Source of the DNA: the human T2T-CHM13v2.0 reference genome, Homo sapiens
NCBI RefSeq assembly: GCF_009914755.1
Contig: NC_060943.1
Length of the DNA: 64,000 nucleotides
Reading direction: 5' to 3' (one strand)
Shown here: piece after piece, positions 42,238-62,786 of the stretch
Layout of the letters: each line of letters begins with the position of its first letter
How positions within the stretch are numbered: position 1 is the stretch's first letter
Made by a program: the position numbers and the translations under genes
Notes under the pieces: generated by a model
What the model saw: the letters and a program-made list of their open reading frames with translations, nothing else
Databases searched by the model: none
Told to the model about the DNA's origin: nothing

Positions 42238-42727
42238 TCAACAGTCAAGTCCTCCCCTTCTGCGACAGTGGCTTTTTGCAGTCTCTTCTCTGGAATGTTT
42301 TTCTGCAGATACTAATGAATGACCCTTCAATTTCCCAGGAAGGGCTGCCTTTTTTTGAAGTGGTTTAAGATCTCTGCTCTTGATTGCAATCTTCCAAGAG
42401 CTGATTTTGGCCACTTGGCTCTCATTTCTGAAGTGATGATGGGGATGAGAGGGGAGGAAAGCAAGTGGAAGAAAAGTGTGTGGGCTCAGCTAGTCTATAG
42501 GAATTGTAATCCCAGGAGACAATTGAGAATTCTAAAAATAGAGAAAAGAACTGTTTTCTTTTCAGCTCTGTGAACAAGTTATCCCTGGTTTGTACCCCAA
42601 TATCAGCCACACTCATCTTGCACAAATCATGACTTCTCATGTAAAGGTTTGCTACTTTTTCCCAGTGGTTTTTCATAATTTCAAACAAAATTATTTCTAG
42701 AAGACTCATCACTTATTTTTAATATTA

Positions 42728-43226
<499 letters not shown>

Positions 43227-43399
43227 TTAAGTCTATTAGAAAATGTGACTTGAGTTGGACAATTTCATAGCACATGTAATTTTTAAGAAGTCCTTGCTTC
43301 TAAATAGCATATACCTAGATAAAGGCATAATTGAAAAGTGGAAAATAAAAGAATATATCAGCCAAAAATCTCACTGTGTATTTCTAGTTTGACTTAAAA

Positions 43400-44410
43400 A
43401 ATGTATTATCCAACATAAAAGTTAAGAACTTAAAAATTAAAAACTTTTTTTTTATCAAAACACTGCCTTAAGTGAGAGAAAAGTCAAGCCATAGAGTGGG
43501 ACAAGATATTTACAATATACATATCCAACAATCAATTCATATCCAGAATCTATTTTTTAAAGTCTTACAAATCAATAAGGAAAAAGCAGATAAGTCAATG
43601 GAAAAATGAGCAAAAAGATGCAAATGGACAATAAACGTAGGAAGAGAAGCTCAACCTCATTTGTCATTAAAGAAATTCTATTTAATCACCTGTCAAGTCA
43701 ACTCAAAAAAATAAAAAAGAAAAAAAATTATAACCAAAACCACATTACATTATTATAAACCCACAAAAACAGCTAAAACGAAAAGGAAAAACAATGCAAG
43801 GGCTAGCAAGAATTTGGAGCAACTGAAAGCCTCATACCCTGTGGGTGGACTGGCAAATTGGTACAACCACTTTGGAAAACTATAGCAGTATCTATGAGAG
43901 CAAAGACATGCATTACCTCTGGCCCAGCAATTCTGCTCTCAGATATTTACCCATCAGAAACAGGTCCCTATGTTCACCCAAAGACATGGGCCAGAATGTT
44001 CCTAGAGCATTATTAGTCGTGTCCCATGTAAAGTGCCTGGATGTTCAGCCTGGACATATAGACAAATGGAGTGTAGTTCATTTATGAATGGAAATTGATA
44101 ATGGAATATTCACAAACAGAAATCCATACAGCCATGTGAATGAACAAGCTATTGCCTCACCAACAATGTGGACAGTTCTCACAAACACAGCATGGACAGA
44201 AAGAAGACAGACACACAAAAATACACACTCAATGGTCCCATACACATAAAGTTCAAAAATGCGTGGCATGGTAAAGGGAGGCAGAGAGTGGTAATCCCCA
44301 GGGAGCTGATGCTGGGGAGAGTGCCTGAGGGAGGCCTCCTGGGCGGGTCAGAAGGCTCTGCTTCTTCCTCTGTGCATGGATCTATGCACATTTTAAAGAT
44401 AAATAAATAC
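43400..44410 (+). mobile_element. Old L1 (L1ME-like) 3' fragments
   Basis: gcaaattggtacaaccactttggaaaac and cccagcaattctgctctcagatatttaccc L1 motifs. Confidence 0.7.
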
Positions 44411-45289
44411 AAAACCGTACTGCCTTTAAGGCCTCTTCTGCTAACCTGGAAAGCCCAGCTGGGTTAGTCCGGGGGGGGTGCAAGAAAAGAAGCCCTAACT
44501 TGCAATTCAGAGCCAGGAATCACACTTATGGCCACCCTGTGTCTGACCTTAATGAGAGAGGCTGTGGCTTTAGGTCCTTAGCAGCTCATCTCAGGAAAGA
44601 GAACTTGTTGTCCTGTGTCCCAGCTATCTTGTCACACCTGGGCTCTCACGCAGCTCCTGCTCCAGCTCAGTTTGTTCCCTAGGTCAGAGCTTTGGTGACT
44701 GTCACCCAGGCCCCTGTCCAAGTTCTGGCCTCATGGCACTAATCCCCCACGTAGCCAGTGGCTAGCTGTGCAACCTAGAGCCAGTTAGAAATGTGGCTTA
44801 AGGTGATCTGAATCCTTCCAGAACATTAGCCCTGCCCCCTGTGGAGTCCCTGAGAAGAGAAATGCCCCACGAGTGACAAAGAAGGCAAAGTATCTCCTCA
44901 CTGTGTGCTGGAGTCAGGCCCCAGGCCCTGGCACAGAGAGCTCTGATCCACCAAGCCAGAAGACCTAGGGCCCAGTGGAGGCCAGGGCAAGTGCCTGCCT
45001 GGGGTGTGAGTGTCTTCCACACCATGCAGGATTCCCTTCAGGTCCTGGGGAACTGTCAACAGAGCGGAGGAGCTCCTATTCACCCACAGACACACACACA
45101 CCCCGTAACACACACACAAGTGCACACCCATACACATCTGCAGGCATAGATACAGGTCTGCTCATACACACATGCACACACGTACACGAATATCCTTTAC
45201 ACTAGACACACATGTGCTCACAGACACCCTTGCAATGGTGTGCATGCACACACGCATGCACTTAGAGATGCACACACACTCACGTAGCA

Positions 45290-45470
45290 CTTGCCAGACA
45301 CTATTCTGAGCACTTTCCATATATTAACTAATTTAATCCTTATAACCACTCCATGAGGTCCAGATATCAATCCCACTTTGCAGATAAGAAAATTGAGGCC
45401 CAGAGAGGTTAAGTCACTTGTTCAGAGTAATGCATTTGAAGCCTGGCAGCTTGGCCTTAGAGTATGTACC
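45290..45470. mobile_element. MIR fragment
   Basis: cccactttgcagataagaaaattgaggcccagagaggttaagtcacttg core. Confidence 0.8.
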
Positions 45471-45778
45471 TTTTTTTTCTTTTTTTCTTTTGAGTCTCGC
45501 TCTGTCGCCCAGGCTAGAGTGCAGTGGCGCCATCTCAGCTCATTGCAAGCTCCAACTCCCAGGTTCAGATTCTCCCACCTCAGACTCCTGAGTAGCTGGA
45601 ACTATGGGAGCCCACCAACACGCCCTGCTAATTTTTGTATTTTTAGTAGAGGCAAAGTTTCACCATGCTTGCCAGGTGAAACTCCTGACCTCAAGTGATC
45701 CACCTGCCTCGGCCTCCCAAACTGCTCGGATTACAGGCATGAGCCACTCATACCTGGCTGAGTATGTGGTTTTCTATG
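45471..45778 (-). mobile_element. Alu
   Basis: Antisense dimer; TSD gagtatgt. Confidence 0.93.
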
Positions 45779-47857
45779 CGAATCTCCATTCACAGACAAA
45801 TGCACAAAGACACTTGGGCCTTTGGACACACACACTCCCACATGCATGTACACACATGCACAGACACATGTGCACACTTGCGATCAACCCTCCCACACAT
45901 ATAAGCACACACACTTCTTTCTGCTGCCTCCCCCCTCACTTCCTGGCCTCTCTGCCTCCCACTGACTCCTGGTAGAAGGAGTGAGAGCCCCTCTCCCCCC
46001 GGCCTTGCCAGGCAGCTGGGACTCCTGGCTCCTTGTCTGAAACAAACCCAGGGCCAGCACTGTCTTCCTCGTGCCCTGCAAGTGGGAGGGAAGCCCCAGC
46101 TCATCCAGCTCTGTTGGCTACTCTGGTTCCCTCATCACCTTGTGAGACAAATAAGACCTGTTCTCCGTGTTCAATGGGGAAACTGAGGCCCGGAAGGAAA
46201 AACGAGTGGCCCAAAGTCACCCTGAGTCATGGCAGGGCTGGGCTGTGGGTATGCAGGCCCCTGGTCCCAGGCCAGGCTCTCCTAGGGCTCAGACGATACC
46301 TTTGAAGAGCCAAGCAGGGGTGGGTGCAGCCCAGAGAAGTGGGCCTCCCTCTGACTCTCTGGCCTTAGGCACTAAAGCCTTCCCCAGGAGCCCAGAAAGA
46401 TAAGTGCCTTTCTACCTGGCAAGGCCCCAGTGGGAGTGGTGGCATTCTGAAGGGGCTGTCACAACTCTCAGCAGTCATGCTAAAGCCCCAGGTCAGGGGC
46501 TGAGGGATGACTTCCTGCCTGACGTGCCCCTCTGCCACATCCCTCCCTCTCTAAGAGTTCCCCAGGGTCTGGCCCCACGGGAAGACTTTCTATTTCACAC
46601 CAGCCTAACCCCAAGTGGCACGGCGGCCGGCACAGCGACTGGGGCCATACATCTCAGCTTCCACTCCTGAGTTCTGGACTTCTCCCACACCCTTTGTGTG
46701 GCTGGAGGTTTTATGAGAAGGCCAAAAAAGAAAAAAGAAAAAAATGAAAAACAAAAAAAAATAAATTACTTGGGAATTTGTTTTTAATTAAGCAATAAGC
46801 CTCGATGGGGCTTGGCTGCTGCCTCATAAAACTGCTCCCGGGGTGTGGGGAGGCATTTGGTCCAGATGAGTGCCTCAAATCAGCCCGGAATGTGATGAGA
46901 TGATTACTCCCCGGAGTTCGTACAAGATGAGCTTCTCCAGTGCTGTCTTATTGCTATTATAAAAAGTCTGCAGGCAGTGGGGGAGAAAAGCTGTGGTGCT
47001 GCTTGGAGAAGAAGAAAACACCAATGCTGGCTGTCAGGGCCAGAGCTCAGCCCCCCACCCTTCCTTCACCACATCTGCTCACATGGCGGAACCCATGGGT
47101 GGCCCACAATGGAATGGAGGCTGACATCCTTAACAAAAAATGGGTCCCCGTACACAGCGAATGGGATGTTTCAGCAGAGACACAAACAAGAAGGATGCGA
47201 GGGACCCTTACTTGGAGATATTTTCTCCTGTCCTGCCAGGAGCAAGCAACCACGCTCACTCCCAGGGCAGCTCAATTCATCTCACTAATGCTACAACCTA
47301 CAAGCATGCATGGCTAGGAATTCTGAGGCTTCTCTCTCTCTCTCTCTCTCCCCCCGTCCTGCCCCCAGTCAGCTTACCAGGGGAAGGAATTTTTGCTTTC
47401 TGGGTCATGCGCTGGCCTAGCCTTCACTGTGCTAGGTCTGGATAATAAATGAAGGAAAAAGAAAACCCAAGACACTAGAGAGGTGAAATTGACCTACGTA
47501 ATAAAACGGCTGAGATGGAACAAGATGAGAAGGTAAGGAAATGGAAAGCCGCCCTGGCTGAGCACTGGGGAGAATTTGGGAAACTGGGAGACAAGAATGG
47601 CGAAGAAAAGGAGTCTCGAAGATCCGTCACCATCAGCTAGGAGGATGGAACAAGCAGATGGAGAGGAAGGAGTTTTAAACATTTGCTGAGCCTTAAGAAT
47701 ATATGTTTTCTTGTGGCATTTCTTCAAGAAACAGAGTACAGACTTATAAATACTTTCAATTATTTTGTGATGTAGATCGATCCTTCTCTGACTATGATAC
47801 ACACAGGGACTAGGCTATTTGAGACCCTGGTTATATTTGAATTAAATTAGCAAGCAT

Positions 47858-48157
47858 GGGCCGGGCCCGGTGGCTCACGCCTGTAATCCCAACCCTTTGG
47901 GAGGCCGAGGCGGGGGGATCACCTGAGGTTGGGAGTTTGAGACCAGCCTGACCAACATGGAGAAACCCCGTCTCTACTAAAAATACAACATTAGCCGGGC
48001 ATGGTGGCACATGCCTGTAATCCCAGGTACTAGGGAGCCTGAGGCAGGAGAATCACTTGAACCCAGGAGGTGGAGGTTGTGGTGAGCCGAGAGAGATCAC
48101 ACCACTGCACTCCAGCCTGGGCAACAAGAGCAAAACTCTGTCTCAAAAAGAAAAAAT
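47858..48157 (+). mobile_element. Alu
   Basis: Full dimer; TSD tagcaagcat. Confidence 0.95.
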
Positions 48158-48245
48158 CTAGCAAGCATAAAGACAGGAGTAGGAAGATTTAGGGAATGCA
48201 GGAGGGTAAGGGGGTAAGGGATAGAAACCCCTATGAAAAGCTAAG

Positions 48246-48540
48246 GGCCGGGCGCAGTGGCTCATGTCTATAATCCCAGATAATCTGGAGGCGGAAGCGG
48301 AAGGATCACTTGAAGCCAGGAGTTCAAGACCAGCCTGGGCAACATAGCAAGACCCCTGTCTCTACAAAAAATATCAGTTATCCAGGTGTGATGGCACACA
48401 CCTGTGGTCCCAGCTACTTGGGAGCCTGAGGCAGGAGGATTGCTTGAGTTCGAGGCTGCAGTGAACTATGATTGCGCCACTGCACTCCAGCCTGGCAACA
48501 GAGCAAGACTCTGTCTCTCTAAAAAAAAAAAAAAAAAAAG
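48246..48540 (+). mobile_element. Alu (AluJ-like)
   Basis: Full dimer. Confidence 0.93.
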
Positions 48541-48884
48541 AATTTGAGATGATGTCCAGACAAAGACAGAACATGAATGAATGACCATATAGGAACTTGC
48601 CAGAGAGAAGCAGACGTGCCCCAGGTAAGGTGAGGCCTGGTTCATGCACATGAACAGCCCAGGGCAAGTGCTCTAGAGTCAGACAGCCCAGATGCGAGTG
48701 TCAGCTCTGCCACTTGGGAAAGTCCTTAAAACTCTTCTCATCTGCGAAGAGATCAACCATGAGATTGGTCATAGAACTAACTTCACCGGGATGTTGTAAG
48801 GCTTGAGTGCACTGTCTATGGAAGCACTTAGCACACTGCCTAGCACATCGCAAATGCCCGGTAAGTGACTGGTATTGCTACTTG

Positions 48885-49370
48885 AGTGGAAAAAACACAA
48901 ACTATTTTTCCTCTGCTCTCCCCCACGATAATCAACACAGAAGACTGACCAAATATGAGGGGGTTTTCCCCGCACACCCAGAAAGCAATCGGTCCTGCAG
49001 CGGACGCTAACAGGGTGTCCTTTACTTCAATTCTGACACCATCTACCTGGAGATCCCACAGGTGAGGGGTCCATCCCCAACACTGCCTCCACTTCTGGGG
49101 CCAATTGCAAACTCCAGTTATTCTTCCTGTGCTGCTGCCCTGCTGACTATAAATCGGGGTTCCCACAACCCCTTCCTGGGGTTCAATTAATTTGCCAGAG
49201 CAGCTCACAGAACCCAGGGAAACACATTCACCAGTTTATCACACAGGCTATTGTAAAAGAATAAACAGCCAGATGAAGGGGTATGTACAGCCAGGCTGGG
49301 AAGGGTCCCCAAGCACAGGAGCTTCTGTTCCCGTGGAGTTGGGAGCACCACCCTCCCAGCTCATGAATGC
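48885..49370. mobile_element. Partial LTR, MER21-like
   Basis: ttcaattctgacaccatctacctggagat and ggggttcccacaacccc...ttcaattaatttgccagagcagctcacagaac motifs. Confidence 0.7.
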
Positions 49371-49458
49371 ACAGTATTAATGAATATATAGAATATCAGC
49401 TTTCAATTAAGCTGACTTCTGCCCGTAGAGCTCTTTAAAAAAAAAAAAACTTTTCAGA

Positions 49459-49778
<320 letters not shown>

Positions 49779-49818
49779 GTTTCAGGTCAGGCACGGTGGC
49801 TCACTTCTGTAATCCCAG

Positions 49819-50904
<1,086 letters not shown>

Positions 50905-51094
50905 CCCAGCACTGTGGGAGGCCAAGGTGGGAGGATCACTTGAGCCCAGGAGTTCAAGACGAGCCTGGACAAGAAGGTGAGACCTCCATCTCTTAAATAA
51001 AGAAAGAAAGAAAACTTTTCAAATTTCTAATTATCAGTTTTTACCCAAGACAAATTCCTGGCTTTTTCACTTTTTTACCAAAGGTACCCTCCTA

Positions 51095-51427
<333 letters not shown>

Positions 51428-51430
<3 letters not shown>

Positions 51431-51607
51431 AAAGGAAGAAAGAGAAGCAGAAGAGGAGGAGGAGGAGGAGAAAAGAAGAAGGAGGTGAAGGAGGAGGAAA
51501 GAAGAAAAAGAGGAAGAAGAGGAAGAGGAGGAAGCAGAAGAAGTGGAAGAAGAAGATGGAGGAGGAGAAAGAGGAGGAGAAGGAGAAGGAGGGGAAAGAA
51601 AGGAGAG
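51428..51607. repeat. GAA/GAG-rich homopurine low-complexity tract
   Basis: About 180 nt with only about 5 pyrimidines. Confidence 0.95.
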
Positions 51608-52273
51608 TTTTGGTAGCTGTTAGGGTCTCAGCTTCTCAGCTAACCATCTACACACAAAGGCTCTAAAGTCCCGTATCTCCCCACAGACAGGAAATCAAAA
51701 GCTATCTGTGGAAAAGGATCAATAACAAATGGATACCCCCAAAGTCAAAGGTCATACAAATGTCAAACTAAAAGGGACTGATTCCCTAACTGGAAAGCAA
51801 ATCCAGGCCATGGCAGAGGGAGCATGGAATTTTAGCTAAACTACAAGGTGGAGCAGCCTTCACTGTGAGTCCCACAGGGGACCCACCGTGGGTGGTTTAG
51901 CAGACAAAGGATTGTAACTTTGTTTTAAGTGAGATTTTTACTCTTTAATTGAGCTGAGAGAGTTGCTAAGGCTAGCCGTGACACTATATTCTTCCTTTCA
52001 TTTAATCTTCCCATAAATACAAATAAAGCAATTGTTTAGAATGAGAGATCTCTAATTTTTTTAAGATTTAGGAGTTTTTCTCATTGAAAGGATCCATCTT
52101 TTGGCCACTAATGAGAATTTCCTAGGGTGTACTTCTTCCGATAGTGACTCAATCCAATAGCCTCTTCATGGAAACCCCAGGGTGTGATTTTCCAGGTTTA
52201 AAACAAGTTGTTTCCTGGAGAAGGCAATATCAAAGATTTCCTCCAAAAAAATTCACTCCTAGGAATAGTCTAA

Positions 52274-52590
<317 letters not shown>

Positions 52591-52723
52591 CACAAAAGAC
52601 TCTTGTTGCCACAGATGGTTAAGGATGATGTTTGCACATAAGATGCCTCCAGTAACCCACAAATTTGTGGAGAGCCACCAGACACAAACTCGTTAATCTG
52701 TGAAACCAGGCAGGCCCTCCTAG

Positions 52724-53128
<405 letters not shown>

Positions 53129-53461
53129 TAAACTTTCCTGAGAGCTTGACACATTCAGAACAAGATATGTGCTGCTTAAAATCTTAACATGTCTCGGACT
53201 TCCAGCCATTTTCAGACTGGCCACCTGACATGACCTATTAATATCAGTCCCCAGAGGCAGAGACAAGAGAGTGTTCCCACTTGGTCATAAGTCAAGCTCT
53301 CAAGAACATAAAACAAGATGAGAAGGAACCTCATCTGGTTTTTATTTTGGGGACCAACAGTGAAGTTTATATTCCAGCCCAACCAGAAAAACAAACTGAC
53401 CAGTCTGCAGGGCTGGCTGGAACAACCAGCTTGAGAGCGTTCTGCATTGTGTCCCCCACAT

Positions 53462-54727
<1,266 letters not shown>

Positions 54728-55061
54728 CTATGGGACCCCTTGTTATGACAGAGCAACAAAAAAAGACAAAAACAAAGGAAAGGACTATTTCTGGGAGGAA
54801 AAAAGATCAAACAATAGTAATATTCCTACCAAAAAGTACACCAGAGTTGCCACACCCAAGACTAGCCACACAAATCCTTTTCTCCCATCAATCAAAATTT
54901 TGCAGAGAGAAAAACGACAGTCATTTTTACTATTTGCTTGACTGGATTTTACAGAGAGAGGCTGGGAGCCTGGCTGGTAAGAAATTCTTACCCTTCTGCC
55001 AGTTTGTCAGGTCCTGGGTTTCCTTCACTGCAGCTCCCAGGAGAGCAGAATGGTGTCAGTC

Positions 55062-55078
55062 TCCTGCTCACAGTGCCA
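55062..55078 (-). other. Retroviral primer-binding site, tRNA-Ser(CGA)-like
   Basis: The + strand reads TCCTGCTCACAGTGCCA, versus the recalled tRNA-Ser(CGA) 3' end TCCTGCTCACAGCGCCA (16/17); 4 nt from the LTR end. Confidence 0.7.
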
Positions 55079-55082
55079 AAAC

Positions 55083-55677
55083 TGTAGGGGCCAAGGGACA
55101 ATTTCTCCTTCTCCCTCTGAAGGTTTGCTGGAAAATCAACTGAACAAGGCAGATTAATTAGAGAAAAGGCATGCACATGTATTAACATGCACGCGGAGGA
55201 GAACCACAGAGTGATTATCCTACCCACCGTGCTGTACAGAAGCTTATATGCCATGTTGGGGTTACAGAAAAAACAGGCAGAGGGGGCACTCAGAGCACGT
55301 CCAAAAATGGCTTATGGCAGCAAATCAGGTTATAGCGGCAAATCAGGTTATAGCGGCAAGGAGGGATTGGAGGGGAAGAAGAGAAGTCCTGGCTAGCATA
55401 GGTGGGCTTGTTATGCAGATGAAGCCTCCCAGGTAGCAGTCCTCAGAATAGATGGTGTTTCCTAAAGACTTTTAAAGGCGTCAGATTCTTTCCTAGATCT
55501 GGACAGGGAAGAGACTCAGAGAAAACCTGGCTGCATTAGTGCAGATGTTTTTTCTATAGATGCAAATCTCCCACATAAAAGACAGCTTTGCCACTTCTGT
55601 TCACAGGCCCTCTGAACAGTCATCTCAGAATATGTCAAAGAAGTGTATTTTGGGGTGAAATATTTTGATTTCCTTCA
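55083..55677 (-). mobile_element. ERV1 5' LTR, MER39-like
   Basis: Minus strand starts TGAAGGAAATCAAAATATTTCACCCCAAAATA and ends CCCCTACA, followed by the primer-binding site. Confidence 0.75.
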
Positions 55678-56344
55678 CCCCTAAAGAGAAATTCAACCCA
55701 AATCAGCCAAAAACTGTGTTGAGCCACTACTGTGGGTGTGCACAACGGGAACGGAGCCCAATTTCCTGTCCCCGGGCCTGATAGCCAGGGAGCCAAAACC
55801 ACAGAGAGAAATTGTATCGTGCCAAGAGATAGAGCAGGAACACGAAAGAGCATGGGCGCTTCGGAAGTGTGTGAAAAGAGTGAGAAGTGTATCCAGCTCG
55901 TGCAGCCTAGGAGATGCAGCTTGCCAAGTGGAGTGAATGCTGCCTTTCAGTGCTCTCACCTCTGCTGGGCATGTTTGTGCAGTGGCCAACTTGCTCAACC
56001 GTATGCAATGACCTTGAAAAGAAGTCTCCTCTCTGAGCTTAGAACTGAGTAATGTCTCAAACTGAAAGAGAATAAATACATGCTGGATTTGAGTTTGATG
56101 AGACGCTGCCCATTGAGAAAATCTGTTCTATGCCTTATGGGATTAATTCAGGAATAAGTAAATTGAGTAAAGAGATTTGAACTCCAGATATTCAAAGAGC
56201 TCTTGACAAGGTGAAACCCTGCCTCTGATTGAGACTGACTAGAGCCGGGGTCCTGTGTGACCTTGATGCTGATGTAGGGGATGTGGGATAGGACAGGGAA
56301 ATCAGGGCAATCTTAATACCAGAGAAAGAAAACAAGGGATTCAC

Positions 56345-56990
<646 letters not shown>

Positions 56991-57551
56991 TAGATATTCC
57001 AAAATCACACCCTGGTCACAACACAGGAAACAGTAATAAGAGTAACTGATCCTTACGCATGGTTGCTATGTGCGTATGCTGCCTTAGACAGTTCCCAGGT
57101 GTTAATTCATCCACTTGGAGCTCTGCCCATCTCTACCTTGAAGAAGCTGCTGTTCAGTCTTTCACTTCATGCCCAGTCCCCTGGGCCTCCAGATGCTCAG
57201 AAACCCTCAGTCCTGTCTGAGGCAGACTCCAGGCTTTTAAAAACCCTAGATGGCTAAAATGAAATAGCTAAAAGAGATCCCAGTGCCTGCCTCCGGGACA
57301 AGAAGAAAGGAGAGGTGAAGGCAGAGAATTCACAACAAGCCTTTGGGGACCGATGTTTCATTTGGTTTTTTTAACTTTCAATTTAATTTGATGGAACATC
57401 TGAGGATTCCTTGTTGCTGTTGTTTTTTCTGTTGTTTGTTTAGAACAAGTTTTTTATTATTTATTTTTATTTATTTATTTTTTGAGACCAAGTCTTGCTC
57501 TGTTGCCCAGGCTGGAGGTGAGAGGTGGGGGCCGTGTTAAGAACTAGGCTC

Positions 57552-57998
<447 letters not shown>

Positions 57999-58473
57999 GG
58001 ACCAAGCTCATTTCTGGAATCTTGTTTCTCTTAATTCTAGTTGCCCCTTTTGAAAGATTTTTAGCAAGATAGTTTGCCCTTGCTTTGTGGGGCAATTTCT
58101 ATGCCTGGGTTGTTTCTTGTTTTGTGTATTTTTTCTAGTTTCGCTCTATTTCTTTTGATATAAAAGGTTTGGGAGTTTTATTGTTTGGGTGGGTTATGTT
58201 TTTTTATTTTTGTCTTTGATTTTGTGATTTACTTGTTTTTACTTATTCAGGGTCCTCTTTGGGAAGGTTTAGGAGAGGGAGGCTCCGAGGTTGAGCTTCC
58301 TCCTCTGCCTTCTTAGCCAGGAAATTCCCTCTTGTGACTTCAGAAAAGAGAAGGGAAGTTCTGACCCCCAGCATCTCAGGAAAGCTGAAGAATCCCTTAG
58401 GAGGGCATTAGAGGAACTTGCCCAAAAACATATTAGGAGAGAGAGAGGTTCAGGCAATGACAGATTGTGCTTC

Positions 58474-58772
<299 letters not shown>

Positions 58773-58903
58773 TTGTGCTTGCTTTTTTTTCCCCCCTCTT
58801 GTAACAATAGGTAACTTGGAAGATTTCCAGTGTGACCTTCATTCGTGCCTAGGTGGCCACCAAACCCCAACTCCAAGGCCTTGCCAGTTTTTTAAAATTC
58901 TAA

Positions 58904-59553
<650 letters not shown>

Positions 59554-59589
59554 TAAAATTCTAACACATTAAACTTTTGAAACATATGT

Positions 59590-59614
59590 GCACACACACA
59601 CACACACACACACA
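59590..59614. repeat. (CA)n microsatellite
   Basis: About 12 units. Confidence 0.9.
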
Positions 59615-59817
59615 AATCCTAATTAATCAGCAACCATGTAAAGAACAAATGTGGGAAATGCTGTATATGCTATGAGAATTTCAATTACAAATGACAACGT
59701 TATACATTTTACTAATATTTGCTTTTGCTTTAAAAATTTTAAAATTTACATTAAATGTAATTCTTTAGTGTACAATTCTATTTGTTTTGGCAAATACATA
59801 AAGTAGTGTAACTACTC

Positions 59818-60789
<972 letters not shown>

Positions 60790-61014
60790 ACTCCCACAAT
60801 CAAAATACAAAAGAGTTTTCCATCATCCCAAACTCCCACCCGCTCCCCCCCCGCACCCCCCCACCGCCCCATGCTACCCGTTGTGGCTACCCCACCCCCA
60901 AGCAGAAGCTACTGCTGATCAGTCATCCATCCTGACAGTTCTGCCTTTTGAGAGTGCCATAGAAATGATAACGTAGAATATGTAGCCCTTGGAGTCTGGC
61001 AGTTTTTCTCTTAG

Positions 61015-61458
<444 letters not shown>

Positions 61459-61796
61459 TAATTTTTGTTTTTTAGCCATAAAGCTATTAAAAGCATTGGT
61501 TAACAGGATTTTTTGTGTGAACGGAAGTTTTTATTTATCTTGAGTAACCATCTAGGTGTGAGATTGCTGTATCATCTGGGGAGAGTAGGTTTAACTTTGT
61601 AAGAAACTGGCAAACTGTCTCTGAAGTGGTTGTGTCCTATTGTGTTCCTAGTAGCAATGTATGAAAGATACAGTTGTCTTGCATACTGTCCAGAACTTGG
61701 TATTCGCATTATGGGTTTGGTTTGGTTTTTATAGCCATTCAGATAGATATGTAGTATAATAGTATCTCATTGTGGTTTTAATTTGCATTTTCCTAA

Positions 61797-62063
<267 letters not shown>

Positions 62064-62433
62064 TAGAAATAGGGTTTCACCATGTTGCTTAGGCTAGATT
62101 TTGTCTGTTTTTAAATTAAGCTGTTTTTTCTTTTTGTTGGGTTCTTCATATATTCTGAATACAAGCCCTTTGTCAGATATATGATTTGCAGATATTTACC
62201 CCTAGTGTGTGGCTTTTCTTTATTTTAACAGTGTCTTTCACAGAGCAAAGTTTAATTTTGATGAGGCATAATTTATCTTCTTTTTTCTTTATGGATTATG
62301 TTTTTGGTGTCTAAGAACACTTTGCCTAACCCAAGGTCATGAAGATTTTCTCCAATGTTTTCTTCTAAAGACTTTATAGTTTGATGTTTCACACTCAGGT
62401 CAAAAATTCATTTTGCGTTTGTTATTGTTTAAG

Positions 62434-62786
62434 TGTCTTAGTTCATTTGACCACAAACGGGGTAATTTAGAAATAATGGAAGTATATTTCACATCGTTCT
62501 CAAGGCTGTGAACTCCAAGATGCAGGTACAAGCATATTGAGTTTCCAGTGAAGCCCCAGTCTGTGCTTCCAAGATGGTGCCTCAAACACTGTGTTCTCAC
62601 ATAGCAGAGAGTAGAAGGGTAAAGGGTCTAAGCTAGTTCCTTCCAGCCCTTTTATTAGGCACTAATACATTACTGAGGGTGGAGGCTGCGTGACTTAATC
62701 ACTTCACAAGAGATCCCACCTCTTAGTTCCACCACAGTGGGGATTGTCTCAACACATGAATTTTGGGGAACATCCAGAACATAGCA
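62434..62786 (-). mobile_element. MaLR LTR (MST/MLT1A-like) inside the L1
   Basis: tgtcttagtt...catagca ends; ttccaagatggtgcc motif; flanking (t/a)taag. Confidence 0.65.

Noticed and set aside
55062-55078. tRNA-Ser-like sequence as a tRNA gene
   Set aside because: Only the 3'-terminal 17 nt including CCA, adjacent to an LTR: a primer-binding site, not a gene.
55311-55358. 18-bp duplication encoding SKSGYSGKSGYSGK
   Set aside because: A simple tandem duplication (caaatcaggttatagcgg x2) inside an LTR; not a coding repeat.
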